Source of the DNA: a bacterium
Lineage (GTDB): Bacteria; Patescibacteriota; Saccharimonadia; Saccharimonadales; DATKHC01
Assembly: GCA_021781215.1 (NCBI GenBank)
Contig: JAJXXC010000002.1
Span: 83,371 to 147,370 of the forward strand
DNA: 64,000 bases
Reading direction: 5' to 3'
In this document: one piece after another, positions 10,445-19,928 of the stretch
Layout of the letters: each line of letters opens with the position of its first letter
Numbering within the stretch: the stretch's first letter is position 1
The notes under the pieces: model-generated
Told to the model about the DNA's origin: nothing
The model's input: the letters and a program-made list of their open reading frames with translations, nothing else
The model's database searches: none
Translations under genes and position numbers: made by a program

Positions 10445-10450
10445 CCAATC

Positions 10451-10459
10451 ATTATACCA
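10451..10459 (-). promoter_or_regulatory. extended -10 (TGgTATAAT on minus strand), 6 nt from ATG 10444; leaderless-type promoter
   Basis: The plus-strand attataccA reverse-complements to TGGTATAAT. The gap ccaatc contains no SD. Confidence 0.55.
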
Positions 10460-10478
10460 ATAATCAAAGATAACAGGT

Positions 10479-10484
10479 TATAAT
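10479..10484 (+). promoter_or_regulatory. -10 hexamer TATAAT, 6 nt from ATG 10491; leaderless-type promoter
   Basis: The sequence reads ggtTATAATgcctttATG. It is divergent from the 10451 promoter within a 46-bp spacer. Confidence 0.55.
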
Positions 10485-10490
10485 GCCTTT

Positions 10491-11138
10491 ATGGATCGCA
10501 AAACCAATAACATAATAGACTCAGTAGACATCACGATTAGGAAATATCTTAAAAAAATTGCTTTTTTTATAAATTGGCTTAGCTCGGGTAAAATAACCCC
10601 AAACTCTATAACCATATCTGGATTGTTTTTACATTTGATTGTTGCCTGGTTAATTATTAATAGCCAATTACTGGCGGCTGCTATCTTTTTAGTTGTTTTT
10701 GGCCTATTCGATACTCTAGATGGAGAGCTAGCAAGATTACAAAAAACTCAATCATCAGCCGGAGCAATACTTGATGCTACAACTGATAGATTTAAAGAAA
10801 TAATTTTATATTCTTCTATAGCCTATTACTTTATCCATCATAATCAAGCTTCTTTTGCAGTGTGGGCGGTAATTGCCTGTGGATTTAGTATTTCAGTAAG
10901 CTATGTCAGAGCTAAGAGTGAGGCGGTCTATGCAGGAATCGGTAAAAATACCACTAGTTTTAGTAAAACATTTAAAAATGGGCTCTTACGATTTGAGGTG
11001 AGAATGCTATTACTGGTAATTGGGCTATTGGCTAATGAATTAACCTGGACTGTGGTTATAATCGCAGTCCTGTCCTTTTACACTGCAATTAGTAGGTTAG
11101 TAGATGCTAGCTATAAACTTAGCCATGATAAAAATTGA
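10491..11138 (+). CDS. CDP-alcohol phosphatidyltransferase family protein
   Basis: DTLDGELAR...TDRFKE matches D-x2-DG-x2-AR...D-x3-D. The protein is polytopic. Confidence 0.8.
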   Translation: MDRKTNNIIDSVDITIRKYLKKIAFFINWLSSGKITPNSITISGLFLHLIVAWLIINSQLLAAAIFLVVFGLFDTLDGELARLQKTQSSAGAILDATTDRFKEIILYSSIAYYFIHHNQASFAVWAVIACGFSISVSYVRAKSEAVYAGIGKNTTSFSKTFKNGLLRFEVRMLLLVIGLLANELTWTVVIIAVLSFYTAISRLVDASYKLSHDKN

Positions 11139-11769
11139 TCTACACACTCATTCAATAGCATCAGCTGACGGCGGGCTAACGGTAGATGATTATGCTAGGG
11201 CTGTTAAGACTGGTCTGCTTGATATCATTGCCATAACTGACCACAATCAAATTGACTTTGCTGCAAGAATCCAAGAAAAATATCCTAAAAACATAATAGT
11301 TGGAGAAGAAATTATGACCATTGATGGAGAAATAATTGGTCTATTTTTGACTAAAAAAATTGATTCTGACTTAGATCTTGCCGATACCATTGACCGCATT
11401 CACAACCAAGGAGGACTATGCTACATCCCTCACCCTCTAGAAAAATTAAGACATGGATTAAGTTGGGAAAACTTATCTAAAATTAAAGACAATGTCGATA
11501 TCTTAGAGATTGGCAATGGAAGGGCTTTAAATAAACGAAACTATAAAAAATTAACTAACTGGGCTTCATCTAATAACATCCAAACTGCTTCTAGTAGTGA
11601 CGCTCATGGTCCAAAAGGTCTAGGCAAATCGTATACCTCAACCTCTTCAGTGCCCGCTAATGCTAGAGACTTAATCTCAGCCCTCGGTTCATCATCTAAG
11701 ATAATCACCTATCCTAGTTTAATTGAACTTTTATATCCAAAATATAATAGAATACGTAATAAGTCATGA
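11125..11769 (+). CDS. PHP-domain metal-dependent phosphoesterase
   Basis: MIKIDLHTHSIASADG, ITDHN and IPHP are PHP His/Asp motifs. The track start at 11104 is also possible. The gene overlaps both neighbours. Confidence 0.75.
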   Translation: MIKIDLHTHSIASADGGLTVDDYARAVKTGLLDIIAITDHNQIDFAARIQEKYPKNIIVGEEIMTIDGEIIGLFLTKKIDSDLDLADTIDRIHNQGGLCYIPHPLEKLRHGLSWENLSKIKDNVDILEIGNGRALNKRNYKKLTNWASSNNIQTASSSDAHGPKGLGKSYTSTSSVPANARDLISALGSSSKIITYPSLIELLYPKYNRIRNKS

Positions 11770-12323
11770 TTAAAGATTTAATATTTTCAATTTGGTTTTT
11801 TCTGCCAGCAGGATTAGCTAACGCCAGCCCAATATATGCGGTAAGAATCCCGGGCCTAAAAAAATTAGGCTACCCGTTGGACTTTAATAAAAAATTTCAA
11901 GGAAAGTTAATTTTTGGTAAAAATAAAACCTGGAGAGGGTTAATATTGGCAATTACTGTCGGCATTGTGGTGACTACTATCCAGCACTATATGTACATCC
12001 ATAGCTCATGGATCAGATCCGTATCGCAACCATTAAATTACCGAACAGTTAATTTTGTGCTACTAGGCACGCTACTTGGGGCCGGAGCTATTCTCGGAGA
12101 TGCTGTTGAAAGTTTTGCTAAACGTCGACTAGACATTAAACCAGGTTCTTCGTGGTTTCCATATGATCAAATAGATTACATTTTTGGCGGATGTCTACTG
12201 TCGTGGTTTATAGTTAGCTTAAGCATTCCAGAATATATATTAATTCTTGGGGTATGGTTCGTAATACATCTAGTTTCTAGCTATGTGGGCTATTTAACTG
12301 GGATGAAAGATAAACCAATCTAG
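11766..12323 (+). CDS. CDP-archaeol synthase-like (CarS/DUF46 family) membrane protein
   Basis: PLDFNKKFQGKLIFGKNKTWRG and GAILGDAVESFAKRRLDIKPGSSWFPYDQIDY are colinear with the archaeal CarS motifs as I recall them (P.DFG..F.DG.RILGDGKTWRG; GDL..SFIKRR...G......DQ). An ATGA overlap joins it to the PHP gene. Confidence 0.65.
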   Translation: MIKDLIFSIWFFLPAGLANASPIYAVRIPGLKKLGYPLDFNKKFQGKLIFGKNKTWRGLILAITVGIVVTTIQHYMYIHSSWIRSVSQPLNYRTVNFVLLGTLLGAGAILGDAVESFAKRRLDIKPGSSWFPYDQIDYIFGGCLLSWFIVSLSIPEYILILGVWFVIHLVSSYVGYLTGMKDKPI

Positions 12324-13336
12324 ACCTGTTTAGCTACATTAACAATTAGGTTAAATGTGGCACCACCATCTGCATTGTTGGATACACTTAGTCCTGCTTG
12401 ATTGGCATTAGCAATTTCCTTAGCTAAGGCCAATCCAAGGCCATGACCAGGTATTTTGTTCGATCGGCTCATGTCGCTTCGGTATAGTCTTTCGAATATT
12501 AGTGGCATATCCATTCTAGCAACGCCCGGTCCATGATCAGAAACTGAAAATATAAAAATATTTTTATGCTGTTTACCGGTTAGGCTAATCTTTGATTTTT
12601 TAGGACTATATTTAACCGCATTGTCCAAAAAGATGACTATTATTTGTGACAGGCTTTCCAAGTTACCGAATATTTTATGATCATCTATGCTAGTTTCTAT
12701 CCGATTACTTTCCGAATAAACTTTTGAAAATTGAGATATGGCGTGATTAATAACATCTGTAGACTTAATTGATGACAATTTAATTTTGCCACCTTGGTTA
12801 GTGTCTGAAAGAGCCAGCAAGTTGTTAGTTAATAACTCCAACCGCTGCACTTCTTCGAGATTACTCACTATCTGGTTTCTGGCCTCGGCTTCAGTAAATG
12901 ATTTTTGACGCAGAAAAACTTCATTTTCCGTTCTCATAACCGATAGCGGCGTATTCAGTTCGTGGCTAGCATCGGACGCAAACTTGACCTGAAGCTTATG
13001 CGCGTCTTCAATTGGCCTGAGCGTTCTTCCGGCAAACCAATAACTTATAGGTACACCTATAATAATAGCTAAAATATTAAAATAAATTGTCCATTCCAGC
13101 AGTTGTTTTTGGGCATCAGCATCCTGTTCTTGTTGAATTTTTTGAACCGGTGAAATAAATAATGGAATACCGACCTGTTCACGAATTAACTGCGATATCT
13201 CTCCTCTCGTGTCCTGATTTTTGTGTTCAAATGCATTCTGAGCAACAATTCGAATACCGAATGTGGTTAGAGAACTGACAAAAACAATTGCTATTAGATA
13301 AAAAAATGTAAGCTGAACTCTGGCTGACTTAAACAT
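12320..13336 (-). CDS. sensor histidine kinase
   Basis: Two N-terminal TM segments, the H-box SHELNTPL, the N/G boxes DNAVKYS and DHGPGV, and GHGLGLALAKEIA. Confidence 0.9.
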   Translation of the reverse strand: MFKSARVQLTFFYLIAIVFVSSLTTFGIRIVAQNAFEHKNQDTRGEISQLIREQVGIPLFISPVQKIQQEQDADAQKQLLEWTIYFNILAIIIGVPISYWFAGRTLRPIEDAHKLQVKFASDASHELNTPLSVMRTENEVFLRQKSFTEAEARNQIVSNLEEVQRLELLTNNLLALSDTNQGGKIKLSSIKSTDVINHAISQFSKVYSESNRIETSIDDHKIFGNLESLSQIIVIFLDNAVKYSPKKSKISLTGKQHKNIFIFSVSDHGPGVARMDMPLIFERLYRSDMSRSNKIPGHGLGLALAKEIANANQAGLSVSNNADGGATFNLIVNVAKQV

Positions 13337-13337
13337 A

Positions 13338-14000
13338 CTACCTTATAACGTAGCCGTACCCTCTTACGGTTTGAATACTATTACTTTTAGGACCCAATTT
13401 CTTTCTCAAATGAGCTATAAAGGTCTCGACAGTATTGGGCTGAACCCTATTTTGATCATCCCAAACATGATTTAATAGTCTTTCCTTGCTTATTACTTCC
13501 CCTCTATACCTTAATAAGTATTCCAATAGGATAAATTCTTTGGCGGTAACTTGGACAACCTTACCGCTTACCATCAAAGTTTTAGCTAAAGGATCTAGAA
13601 CTAAATCATTCAAAGACATGGCTTGATCAACTTTTTGCCTTGGTCGTCTTAAGAGTGCGCGCATTCTAGCCAATAGCTCATCGAAAGAAAACGGCTTAGA
13701 CAAATAATCGTCTGCTCCTGTATCTAGGCCTTTAACCTTATCGCCTATGGCGCCCTTAGCAGTTAACATAAGTATCGGAAAAATTCTTTGATCGGTCTTC
13801 CACTTGGTAATCAAACCCGGTCCATCAAAACGGCCCGGTATCATCCAGTCGAGCAATACAAGGTCATATTCAGATGTCTCAGCTAAATAAAAAGCTTGAT
13901 CCGAGTCCAGGGCTATATCAACCACATAGTCCTCAGCCATTAAGCCCTTACGGAGGCTATTAGCTAATTTTTCTTCATCTTCGACAACCAGGATTTTCAT
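13338..14000 (-). CDS. OmpR-family response regulator
   Basis: MKILVVEDEE...VLLDWMIPG...LTAKG receiver plus a winged-helix C-terminus (TVRGYGYVIR). I prefer the ATG at 14000 to the track start at 14042. Confidence 0.9.
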   Translation of the reverse strand: MKILVVEDEEKLANSLRKGLMAEDYVVDIALDSDQAFYLAETSEYDLVLLDWMIPGRFDGPGLITKWKTDQRIFPILMLTAKGAIGDKVKGLDTGADDYLSKPFSFDELLARMRALLRRPRQKVDQAMSLNDLVLDPLAKTLMVSGKVVQVTAKEFILLEYLLRYRGEVISKERLLNHVWDDQNRVQPNTVETFIAHLRKKLGPKSNSIQTVRGYGYVIR

Positions 14001-14054
14001 AAATATAATCTTATATATAAAATCTGCTGATAAACTGGCCAAATTCAGTTTTCA

Positions 14055-15086
14055 TTATTTTAGTTTATTCTTAAATGATTCAATAATATCGACTGGGGTT
14101 GGATTAATACCGTTTAAAATAGCTAAATAGATACTGACAAAATCACCCAAAGCTATGCCATACATGATTTGATCTAATAAATCTTCACCCTTTAAATCTA
14201 TTACTTCAGCTGCCGGTTTCTTACCGGATAAAAGTTGCTCCGTAACTGCAAACCTCTTAAGTACCTTTGGGTTATCAAGACTCGATCTAAGTTCTATAAC
14301 TGCGTACGGTTTATCTACCGGGTGACTAGTCCATCCAATAAATTCGTTATGATTAAACTCTGGGAACTGATTAACCCACGATACTGTTTTGGCATTCTCA
14401 TTAATGCTGATTTTCCATTTATAGGCTACTGGGAAAAATTTAGCAGACGAATAAACTACGACGGATTTACCGATAATCTCAAGTGCAATTTGTTTGGCTA
14501 AATTACTGGACGTAGCCTTGGTTTCAATAAAATCATCTATTAGCCCCTCAAGTCTTAATGATGCCTCTTCAAGTTGGCCGACTAAACCAACAGATAATCC
14601 GGCTTGTTCTAATATCTCCGCGAGAGCTCGTAATTGATAACCAAAAGTCATTCTGGGTTGGTATCCACCGGGTAGTTTAATGCGTGGCAGCTTATATTCA
14701 TCGGCAATTTTCTCTAACTCTCCACCGCTACAAACCACAATAATCATTGGAGGCTGGTCAAGACTAAGTGCCTCATTTAAAATGCTCACGGTTTCCTCAG
14801 TATTTCCAGAATAACTAACTACCACCAATAGAGTGGTTACTGATGTATAACTTGGCAAGTGATAGTCCTGAACTATTTGAATAGGAAGTTTTGGATTTGG
14901 CCAGGTTGACAAAAATTTAGCTGCTAAACCAGACCCCCCCATTCCGGCAATAATCAAATTATTTACGGTTTTTGGTGGTGTCCATTTGAAACTATAGTCA
15001 TTTCTATATTGAGCGGGCTGTTTTCTGGTTATACCAAGTGAATCCTCACTATCTCTTGAATGAATCACTTTCAAATCATCTAGCAT
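14055..15086 (-). CDS. bifunctional phosphoglucose/phosphomannose isomerase (SIS domains)
   Basis: AGMGGSG and VSYSGNTEET are SIS motifs. The 343-aa length is typical of the archaeal/CPR-type PGI/PMI. Confidence 0.75.
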   Translation of the reverse strand: MLDDLKVIHSRDSEDSLGITRKQPAQYRNDYSFKWTPPKTVNNLIIAGMGGSGLAAKFLSTWPNPKLPIQIVQDYHLPSYTSVTTLLVVVSYSGNTEETVSILNEALSLDQPPMIIVVCSGGELEKIADEYKLPRIKLPGGYQPRMTFGYQLRALAEILEQAGLSVGLVGQLEEASLRLEGLIDDFIETKATSSNLAKQIALEIIGKSVVVYSSAKFFPVAYKWKISINENAKTVSWVNQFPEFNHNEFIGWTSHPVDKPYAVIELRSSLDNPKVLKRFAVTEQLLSGKKPAAEVIDLKGEDLLDQIMYGIALGDFVSIYLAILNGINPTPVDIIESFKNKLK

Positions 15087-15158
15087 CTAGGCTCCTTTAT
15101 TATTTACTACTCTAACTATTATATGATATATTTCTAATGAATACATAAGGGGGTTGGG

Positions 15159-15608
15159 ATGTTCGACGAAAACGCGCAAAATAATACACAACAAACAGAT
15201 ACTCAAGATAATCAAATAGCAAATAATCAGACTCAAAATACACCACTGATTTCACCCGATGTACCTGTATCGGATAACTTACCAATCACTGATCCATACA
15301 TACCCACAACTATCCCCCAAACAGCTGAAGATAGTGTCGACAATAGCCCATCCCCAGATGACGACTTGATGTCAATTAAAAAGCAGGCTCTTCAACAACT
15401 AGCCCCGCTAGTAAACCAGTTAGACCAGGAGCCAGATGAAAAATTCAAAACTATGTTAATGATGATTCAGGCATCTGACGATAAAACTATGCTTAGTACT
15501 GCCTATGAAACAGCTCAAAAAATATCCGATGAAAAAATTAGAGCTCAAGCACTCTTAGATATAGTTAACGAAATTAATTACTTTACGCATCAAACAAAAT
15601 CTGAATAG
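15159..15608 (+). CDS. hypothetical protein with Q/N/T/P-rich N-terminal half
   Basis: The ORF is preceded by the SD AAGGGGG. I recognise no family. Confidence 0.55.
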   Translation: MFDENAQNNTQQTDTQDNQIANNQTQNTPLISPDVPVSDNLPITDPYIPTTIPQTAEDSVDNSPSPDDDLMSIKKQALQQLAPLVNQLDQEPDEKFKTMLMMIQASDDKTMLSTAYETAQKISDEKIRAQALLDIVNEINYFTHQTKSE

Positions 15609-15625
15609 ATTATAGTCTGGCTAAA

Positions 15626-17272
15626 CTACATCATCCCCATACCACTACCCATTGACCCCATATCTGGAGTAGAAGATTTTGGCTCAGGTACATCAACTAC
15701 CAAAGCCCCCATAGTAATCGCCGTACCGGCTATAGAGACTGAATTTAAAACAGCCTCTTTAGTAACTCTAGTTGGGTCAACTACACCAGCATTCTTAAGA
15801 TCTACCAACGAAGTCGGGTTATTAACATCTATTCCCTGTCCATCTTTAGCTTCAAGTATTTTTGGCAACCACTGATCTGGGTTAAGTCCGGAATTATTCA
15901 TTAACTCATAGAAAGGCTTAGTTAGGGCATTTCTAAGAATTTGTTTACCAGCGGATAAGCTATCATTTCCCTCACTTACAATATCTTTGCTTATATTTAA
16001 TAGAGTGACTCCACCACCGGCTACGATACCCTCATCCAACGCTGCCTTAACAGCTGCAACGGCATCATCAACTCTAAATTTCTTTTCTTCAATTTCAGTC
16101 TCAGTTGAGCCGCCAACTTTAATCACCGCGACTTTACCCGAAAGCGCAGCACGTCTTTTGTCCAAGTTTTCTTTATCATACTCACTAGTGGCTGTACTTA
16201 TTTGGGCCTTTATCTGATTAATTCGATCCTTGATTTCGCTAACCGAGCCAGTACCTTCAATAATTGTAGTTTCGTCTTTAGTAACAATAACCTTTCTAGC
16301 ACTACCTATCATTGATAAATCGGCGGTCTCAAAACTAGACCCTAGTTCTTCCGATATGACTGTTGCTCCAGTTAAGACGGCGATGTCATTTAAAATATCC
16401 TTACGACGATCACCGAAAGAGGGAGCCTTAATAGCTATTGTATTAAAAGTACCCTTTAGTTTATTTAGAATCAGAGTTCCAAGAGCTTCTCCTTCAACTT
16501 CTTCGGCAATTAATACCAAGTCTTTTTTTCCTGCAGCAGCCAATTTTTCAAGAATTGGTAGAAATTCAGTCACAGAACTAATTTTCTTATCGGTAATTAT
16601 GATACTTGGTTTATCATATATAGCCTCCATACGAGTAGTGTCTGTTACCATGTATGAACTTACAAAGCCCCTATCAAAGGTAAAGCCTTCAACCACTTCA
16701 CTCTCGAGAGCTAAACCCTGTCCCTCTTCAACCGTAACCACACCTTCTTTGCCAACTTTTTCAATCACCTCAGCAATCAACCGACCAATTTCCTGATCTC
16801 CGGCACTAATAGTGGCAACTTCAGCTACTCGATTTTTCTTTCCCTGAACATCTTCACTAAGACTGTCCAATTTTTTAATCGCTTCTTGCGCTGCCTGTTC
16901 TAAGCCCTTTCTAAGTTGCATTGGATTATGTCCAGCTGCAATTAATTTATTTGATTCTTGAAGAATATGATAAGTCAAGACAGTCACCGTAGTGGTTCCA
17001 TCACCCGCTACATCATTCATTTTATTTGCTGCCTGTTTAATTAATTCTGCGCCAACTTTATAACCAAGAGTTTCATCATCAACTTCAGCAATATCTACTG
17101 CCTTAGCTACTGTTACACCATCATGAGTTACTGTTGGGTTACCATAAGACTTACCAATTACAACATTGCGCCCTTTAGGACCCATAGTAGTTCTAACGGC
17201 ATCATATAAAACTTTAGCGCCACCCAATACTCGACTTCTTGCATCATCATCATAAAAAACTTTTTTAGACAT
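15626..17272 (-). CDS. groL: chaperonin GroEL
   Basis: AVRTTMGPKGRNVV and AGDGTTTVTVL motifs and a C-terminal GSMGSGMGMM tail. Confidence 0.98.
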   Translation of the reverse strand: MSKKVFYDDDARSRVLGGAKVLYDAVRTTMGPKGRNVVIGKSYGNPTVTHDGVTVAKAVDIAEVDDETLGYKVGAELIKQAANKMNDVAGDGTTTVTVLTYHILQESNKLIAAGHNPMQLRKGLEQAAQEAIKKLDSLSEDVQGKKNRVAEVATISAGDQEIGRLIAEVIEKVGKEGVVTVEEGQGLALESEVVEGFTFDRGFVSSYMVTDTTRMEAIYDKPSIIITDKKISSVTEFLPILEKLAAAGKKDLVLIAEEVEGEALGTLILNKLKGTFNTIAIKAPSFGDRRKDILNDIAVLTGATVISEELGSSFETADLSMIGSARKVIVTKDETTIIEGTGSVSEIKDRINQIKAQISTATSEYDKENLDKRRAALSGKVAVIKVGGSTETEIEEKKFRVDDAVAAVKAALDEGIVAGGGVTLLNISKDIVSEGNDSLSAGKQILRNALTKPFYELMNNSGLNPDQWLPKILEAKDGQGIDVNNPTSLVDLKNAGVVDPTRVTKEAVLNSVSIAGTAITMGALVVDVPEPKSSTPDMGSMGSGMGMM

Positions 17273-17295
17273 GTTCTTAATAACTCCTAATTAAA

Positions 17296-17562
17296 TTATT
17301 TAACCGTAGCTAGTACGTCTTCTTCTTTTACTAAAATATATTCGTCTGAACCTAGTTTTACATCAGTTGTAGAATAGCTTTTATAAATTATACGATCATT
17401 AACTTTAACTTGTTTCACACTTTTGCCAATCGCTAGTACTTTTGCGACCTTAGGTTTTTCTTGAGCATTTTCTGTCAAAAATAAACCACTTGCAGTCTTA
17501 GTTTCACTAACTTCTGATTGGGCTACTAAATAGTCTGATAATGGTTGAATGTTAACACTCAT
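17296..17562 (-). CDS. groS: co-chaperonin GroES
   Basis: An 88-aa ORF upstream of groEL, with IQPLSDYLVA...ASGLFL and a mobile loop. The SD AGGAG precedes the ATG. Confidence 0.95.
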   Translation of the reverse strand: MSVNIQPLSDYLVAQSEVSETKTASGLFLTENAQEKPKVAKVLAIGKSVKQVKVNDRIIYKSYSTTDVKLGSDEYILVKEEDVLATVK

Positions 17563-17623
17563 TTTAAACTCCTAGTTATTATTACAATTTTAGTTAGTAT
17601 TTACTCATATATAACACTAACTT

Positions 17624-17650
17624 TCAGCACTCATCATAGTCGACTGCTAG
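17624..17650 (-). promoter_or_regulatory. CIRCE-like inverted repeat (HrcA operator candidate) upstream of groES
   Basis: The minus strand reads CTAGCAGTC-N9-GAGTGCTGA, against the consensus TTAGCACTC-N9-GAGTGCTAA (15/18 matches). It overlaps the putative groES promoter spacer and -10. Confidence 0.55.
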
Positions 17651-17662
17651 TTCGGGTGTCAA
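17633..17662 (-). promoter_or_regulatory. putative groES promoter (TTGACA-N18-TATGAT on minus strand)
   Basis: The reverse complement of 17657-17662 is TTGACA and of 17633-17638 is TATGAT. The leader is about 65 nt and ends in an SD. Confidence 0.45.
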
Positions 17663-17727
17663 ATTTATTCATAAATATGGCCAAAAACATTTTAGACCAA
17701 CATATAAACTTGTATACGGTGTAGTTT

Positions 17728-17736
17728 TGTTATACT
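17728..17736 (+). promoter_or_regulatory. extended -10 TGtTATACT, 7 nt from ATG 17744
   Basis: The sequence reads ttTGtTATACTagaatttATG with no SD in the gap. Confidence 0.5.
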
Positions 17737-17743
17737 AGAATTT

Positions 17744-18541
17744 ATGACAAAAAACATACTAATGTGCGAACCAAAATACTTTGACATTGAATATGAGATT
17801 AATCCATGGATGAAATTAACTGATCAGCCAAGTGACTTAACTGCTGAAGAACAGTGGCATAAACTCCTAGGGATATACACTAATGAGTTGGGTTGGAATG
17901 TTAAATTTATTGATCCGGTCAAACACCTGCCGGACATGGTATTTGCAACTGATTGTTGCCTAATGTTAGACGGTAAAATAATGCTATCTAAATTTAGATA
18001 CCCAGAACGACGACCTGAGTCAGAGCGCTATAAGCAATGGTTCATAGATAATGGTTTTAATAAAATCAAACAAACTAGCAATTTTTTTGAAGGCGGAGGA
18101 GATACTATGGTCTGTGGCCAAAAAATCATTGCCGGTTACGGATTCCGAAGCCAATTAGAAAGCCATAAAGAGCTTGAAGATTATTTTTCCCGTGAAGTTA
18201 TTTCACTTAAAATTGTTGATCCATTTTTCTATCATTTAGATACAAGCCTAACGGTTCTAAGCGATGACACCATCGCATTCTACCCGGGTGCAATAGACGA
18301 ACCTAGCCAAGAATTATTAAGAAGCAAAATACCTAATTGTATTGAAGCTACTCTTGAAGAGGCTCAAGGTTTTGGTCTAAACGCAGTTAGTGACGGGAAA
18401 ACGATTGTTACCAGTGATGCCAACCAGTCATTAATTGAAAAATATCGTCAAGCAGGTTTTACAGTAATTCCGACTCCGATACTGGAATTTAGGAAAAGCG
18501 GTGGTGGAGTTAAGTGCTTAACTCTTGAGTTAAGAAGTTAA
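17744..18541 (+). CDS. amidinotransferase/DDAH-fold guanidino-group-modifying enzyme
   Basis: The C-terminal GGGVKCLTLEL (catalytic Cys), FYHLDT and the 265-aa length fit the arginine deiminase/DDAH/amidinotransferase superfamily. The exact substrate cannot be called. Confidence 0.6.
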   Translation: MTKNILMCEPKYFDIEYEINPWMKLTDQPSDLTAEEQWHKLLGIYTNELGWNVKFIDPVKHLPDMVFATDCCLMLDGKIMLSKFRYPERRPESERYKQWFIDNGFNKIKQTSNFFEGGGDTMVCGQKIIAGYGFRSQLESHKELEDYFSREVISLKIVDPFFYHLDTSLTVLSDDTIAFYPGAIDEPSQELLRSKIPNCIEATLEEAQGFGLNAVSDGKTIVTSDANQSLIEKYRQAGFTVIPTPILEFRKSGGGVKCLTLELRS

Positions 18542-19900
18542 TCTTTTTTTTAAACACTTCCTGGCGACCGTAACCTCATCAAATGACCTCTTGATAACTC
18601 TTCGAGGATCGTCGTCATCTTGCAATAAACCTCTTAGGTGAGCGGCTTCTGGGCCATTCGATAAAATAGATTTTTCATGCCCCTTGCCTAGTAGCAAAAC
18701 CATGTCACCAGATTTAGCCATACCAACCGCGGCCTGAATCGCCTTTTCTCGATCATGTATCAAAAAAAGATCATGGTTAATTTTTTTCCCAGATTCTATT
18801 GCTCCAGATGCAATTTGATTTAATATCTCCAGGCCATCAACATCACGATCATCTTCTTCGGTAGCAATTACGATATCACAAAATCTACCCGCAATACTTC
18901 CCTGGGCTGCTCGTTTTGCTTCATCTCGTCTCCCTGCACTACCGAAAACACAGATAATTTTACCCTTAGTGATTTTTTTGACCTCATTAAAAATTACCTT
19001 AAAGCTATCTGGTGTATGAGCGTAATCCACAATCACTCCAAAATCCTGGCCTTCATCCACATAGGTCATGCGACCTTCTACTGCCTTAAGATCAGCTATT
19101 CCTTTCTCTATCTGTTGTTTGTTAAGACCAATTGTTCTACCTACTAATATTGCGGCCAATGAATTAGAGATGTTAAAGCTTCCTGGAAGATGACAGTTAA
19201 TCTGATATTCATCTCCTGCTATCTTTGCTACATATGAGCTACCAGATGAATTCATCTTGATGCTGGAAGCTGTTATATCACCCTTGTTAATTCCATATGT
19301 AATTGGATATTTTATACTATTAGCGAAAATACTAGCATTTCTATCTTCTGCATTTACAATTCCAACTCTATAGCCTTTTTTATAAGAATTTGTCTGAACG
19401 AAAAGCTGTCTTTTGGCGTCTAAGTAGTTTTCAAAAGTTTTATGGTAATCAAGGTGTTCATGATTAATATTGGTCATTACTGCTATTGAATATGGAATTC
19501 CCCAAACTCGATGTTGTGCCAAGGCATGACTGGTTGTTTCTAGAACTAACCACTCAGCTCCAGAACGTTTAATCTTAACCATTGATTTAGCTAAGCTAAA
19601 CGCACTAACCGTGGTAAGTCTAGTTGGATTTGGAACTAGTCCCTTCCCGTCTCCATAGTCTATAGAGATAGTGGTCATCATGGCTGCTTTAAAATTATTT
19701 GAGACCAGGAGTTGATGTATTAGCGTTGAGGTACTGGTTTTACCATCGGTACCAGTCACTCCAATAACTTTTAATTTTCTGGCTGGGAACCTATAGATTG
19801 TTTGAGCAAAAATTGCCTCTAAAAGATGGCCGTATGGTTCAATTTTTCTAAACAATTCTCTAGGAATAATTTTTTTAACGATTCTTCTGGGGTTCATCAC
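18530..19900 (-). CDS. murE: UDP-MurNAc-L-Ala-D-Glu--diamino acid ligase (MurE-type Mur ligase)
   Basis: VIGVTGTDGKTST P-loop, Mur ligase middle and C-terminal domains, 456 aa. Its 3' end overlaps the convergent gene by 12 nt. Confidence 0.8.
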   Translation of the reverse strand: MMNPRRIVKKIIPRELFRKIEPYGHLLEAIFAQTIYRFPARKLKVIGVTGTDGKTSTSTLIHQLLVSNNFKAAMMTTISIDYGDGKGLVPNPTRLTTVSAFSLAKSMVKIKRSGAEWLVLETTSHALAQHRVWGIPYSIAVMTNINHEHLDYHKTFENYLDAKRQLFVQTNSYKKGYRVGIVNAEDRNASIFANSIKYPITYGINKGDITASSIKMNSSGSSYVAKIAGDEYQINCHLPGSFNISNSLAAILVGRTIGLNKQQIEKGIADLKAVEGRMTYVDEGQDFGVIVDYAHTPDSFKVIFNEVKKITKGKIICVFGSAGRRDEAKRAAQGSIAGRFCDIVIATEEDDRDVDGLEILNQIASGAIESGKKINHDLFLIHDREKAIQAAVGMAKSGDMVLLLGKGHEKSILSNGPEAAHLRGLLQDDDDPRRVIKRSFDEVTVARKCLKKRLTS

Positions 19901-19928
19901 CCATAATTATAGTATACTTACTCTTAAA

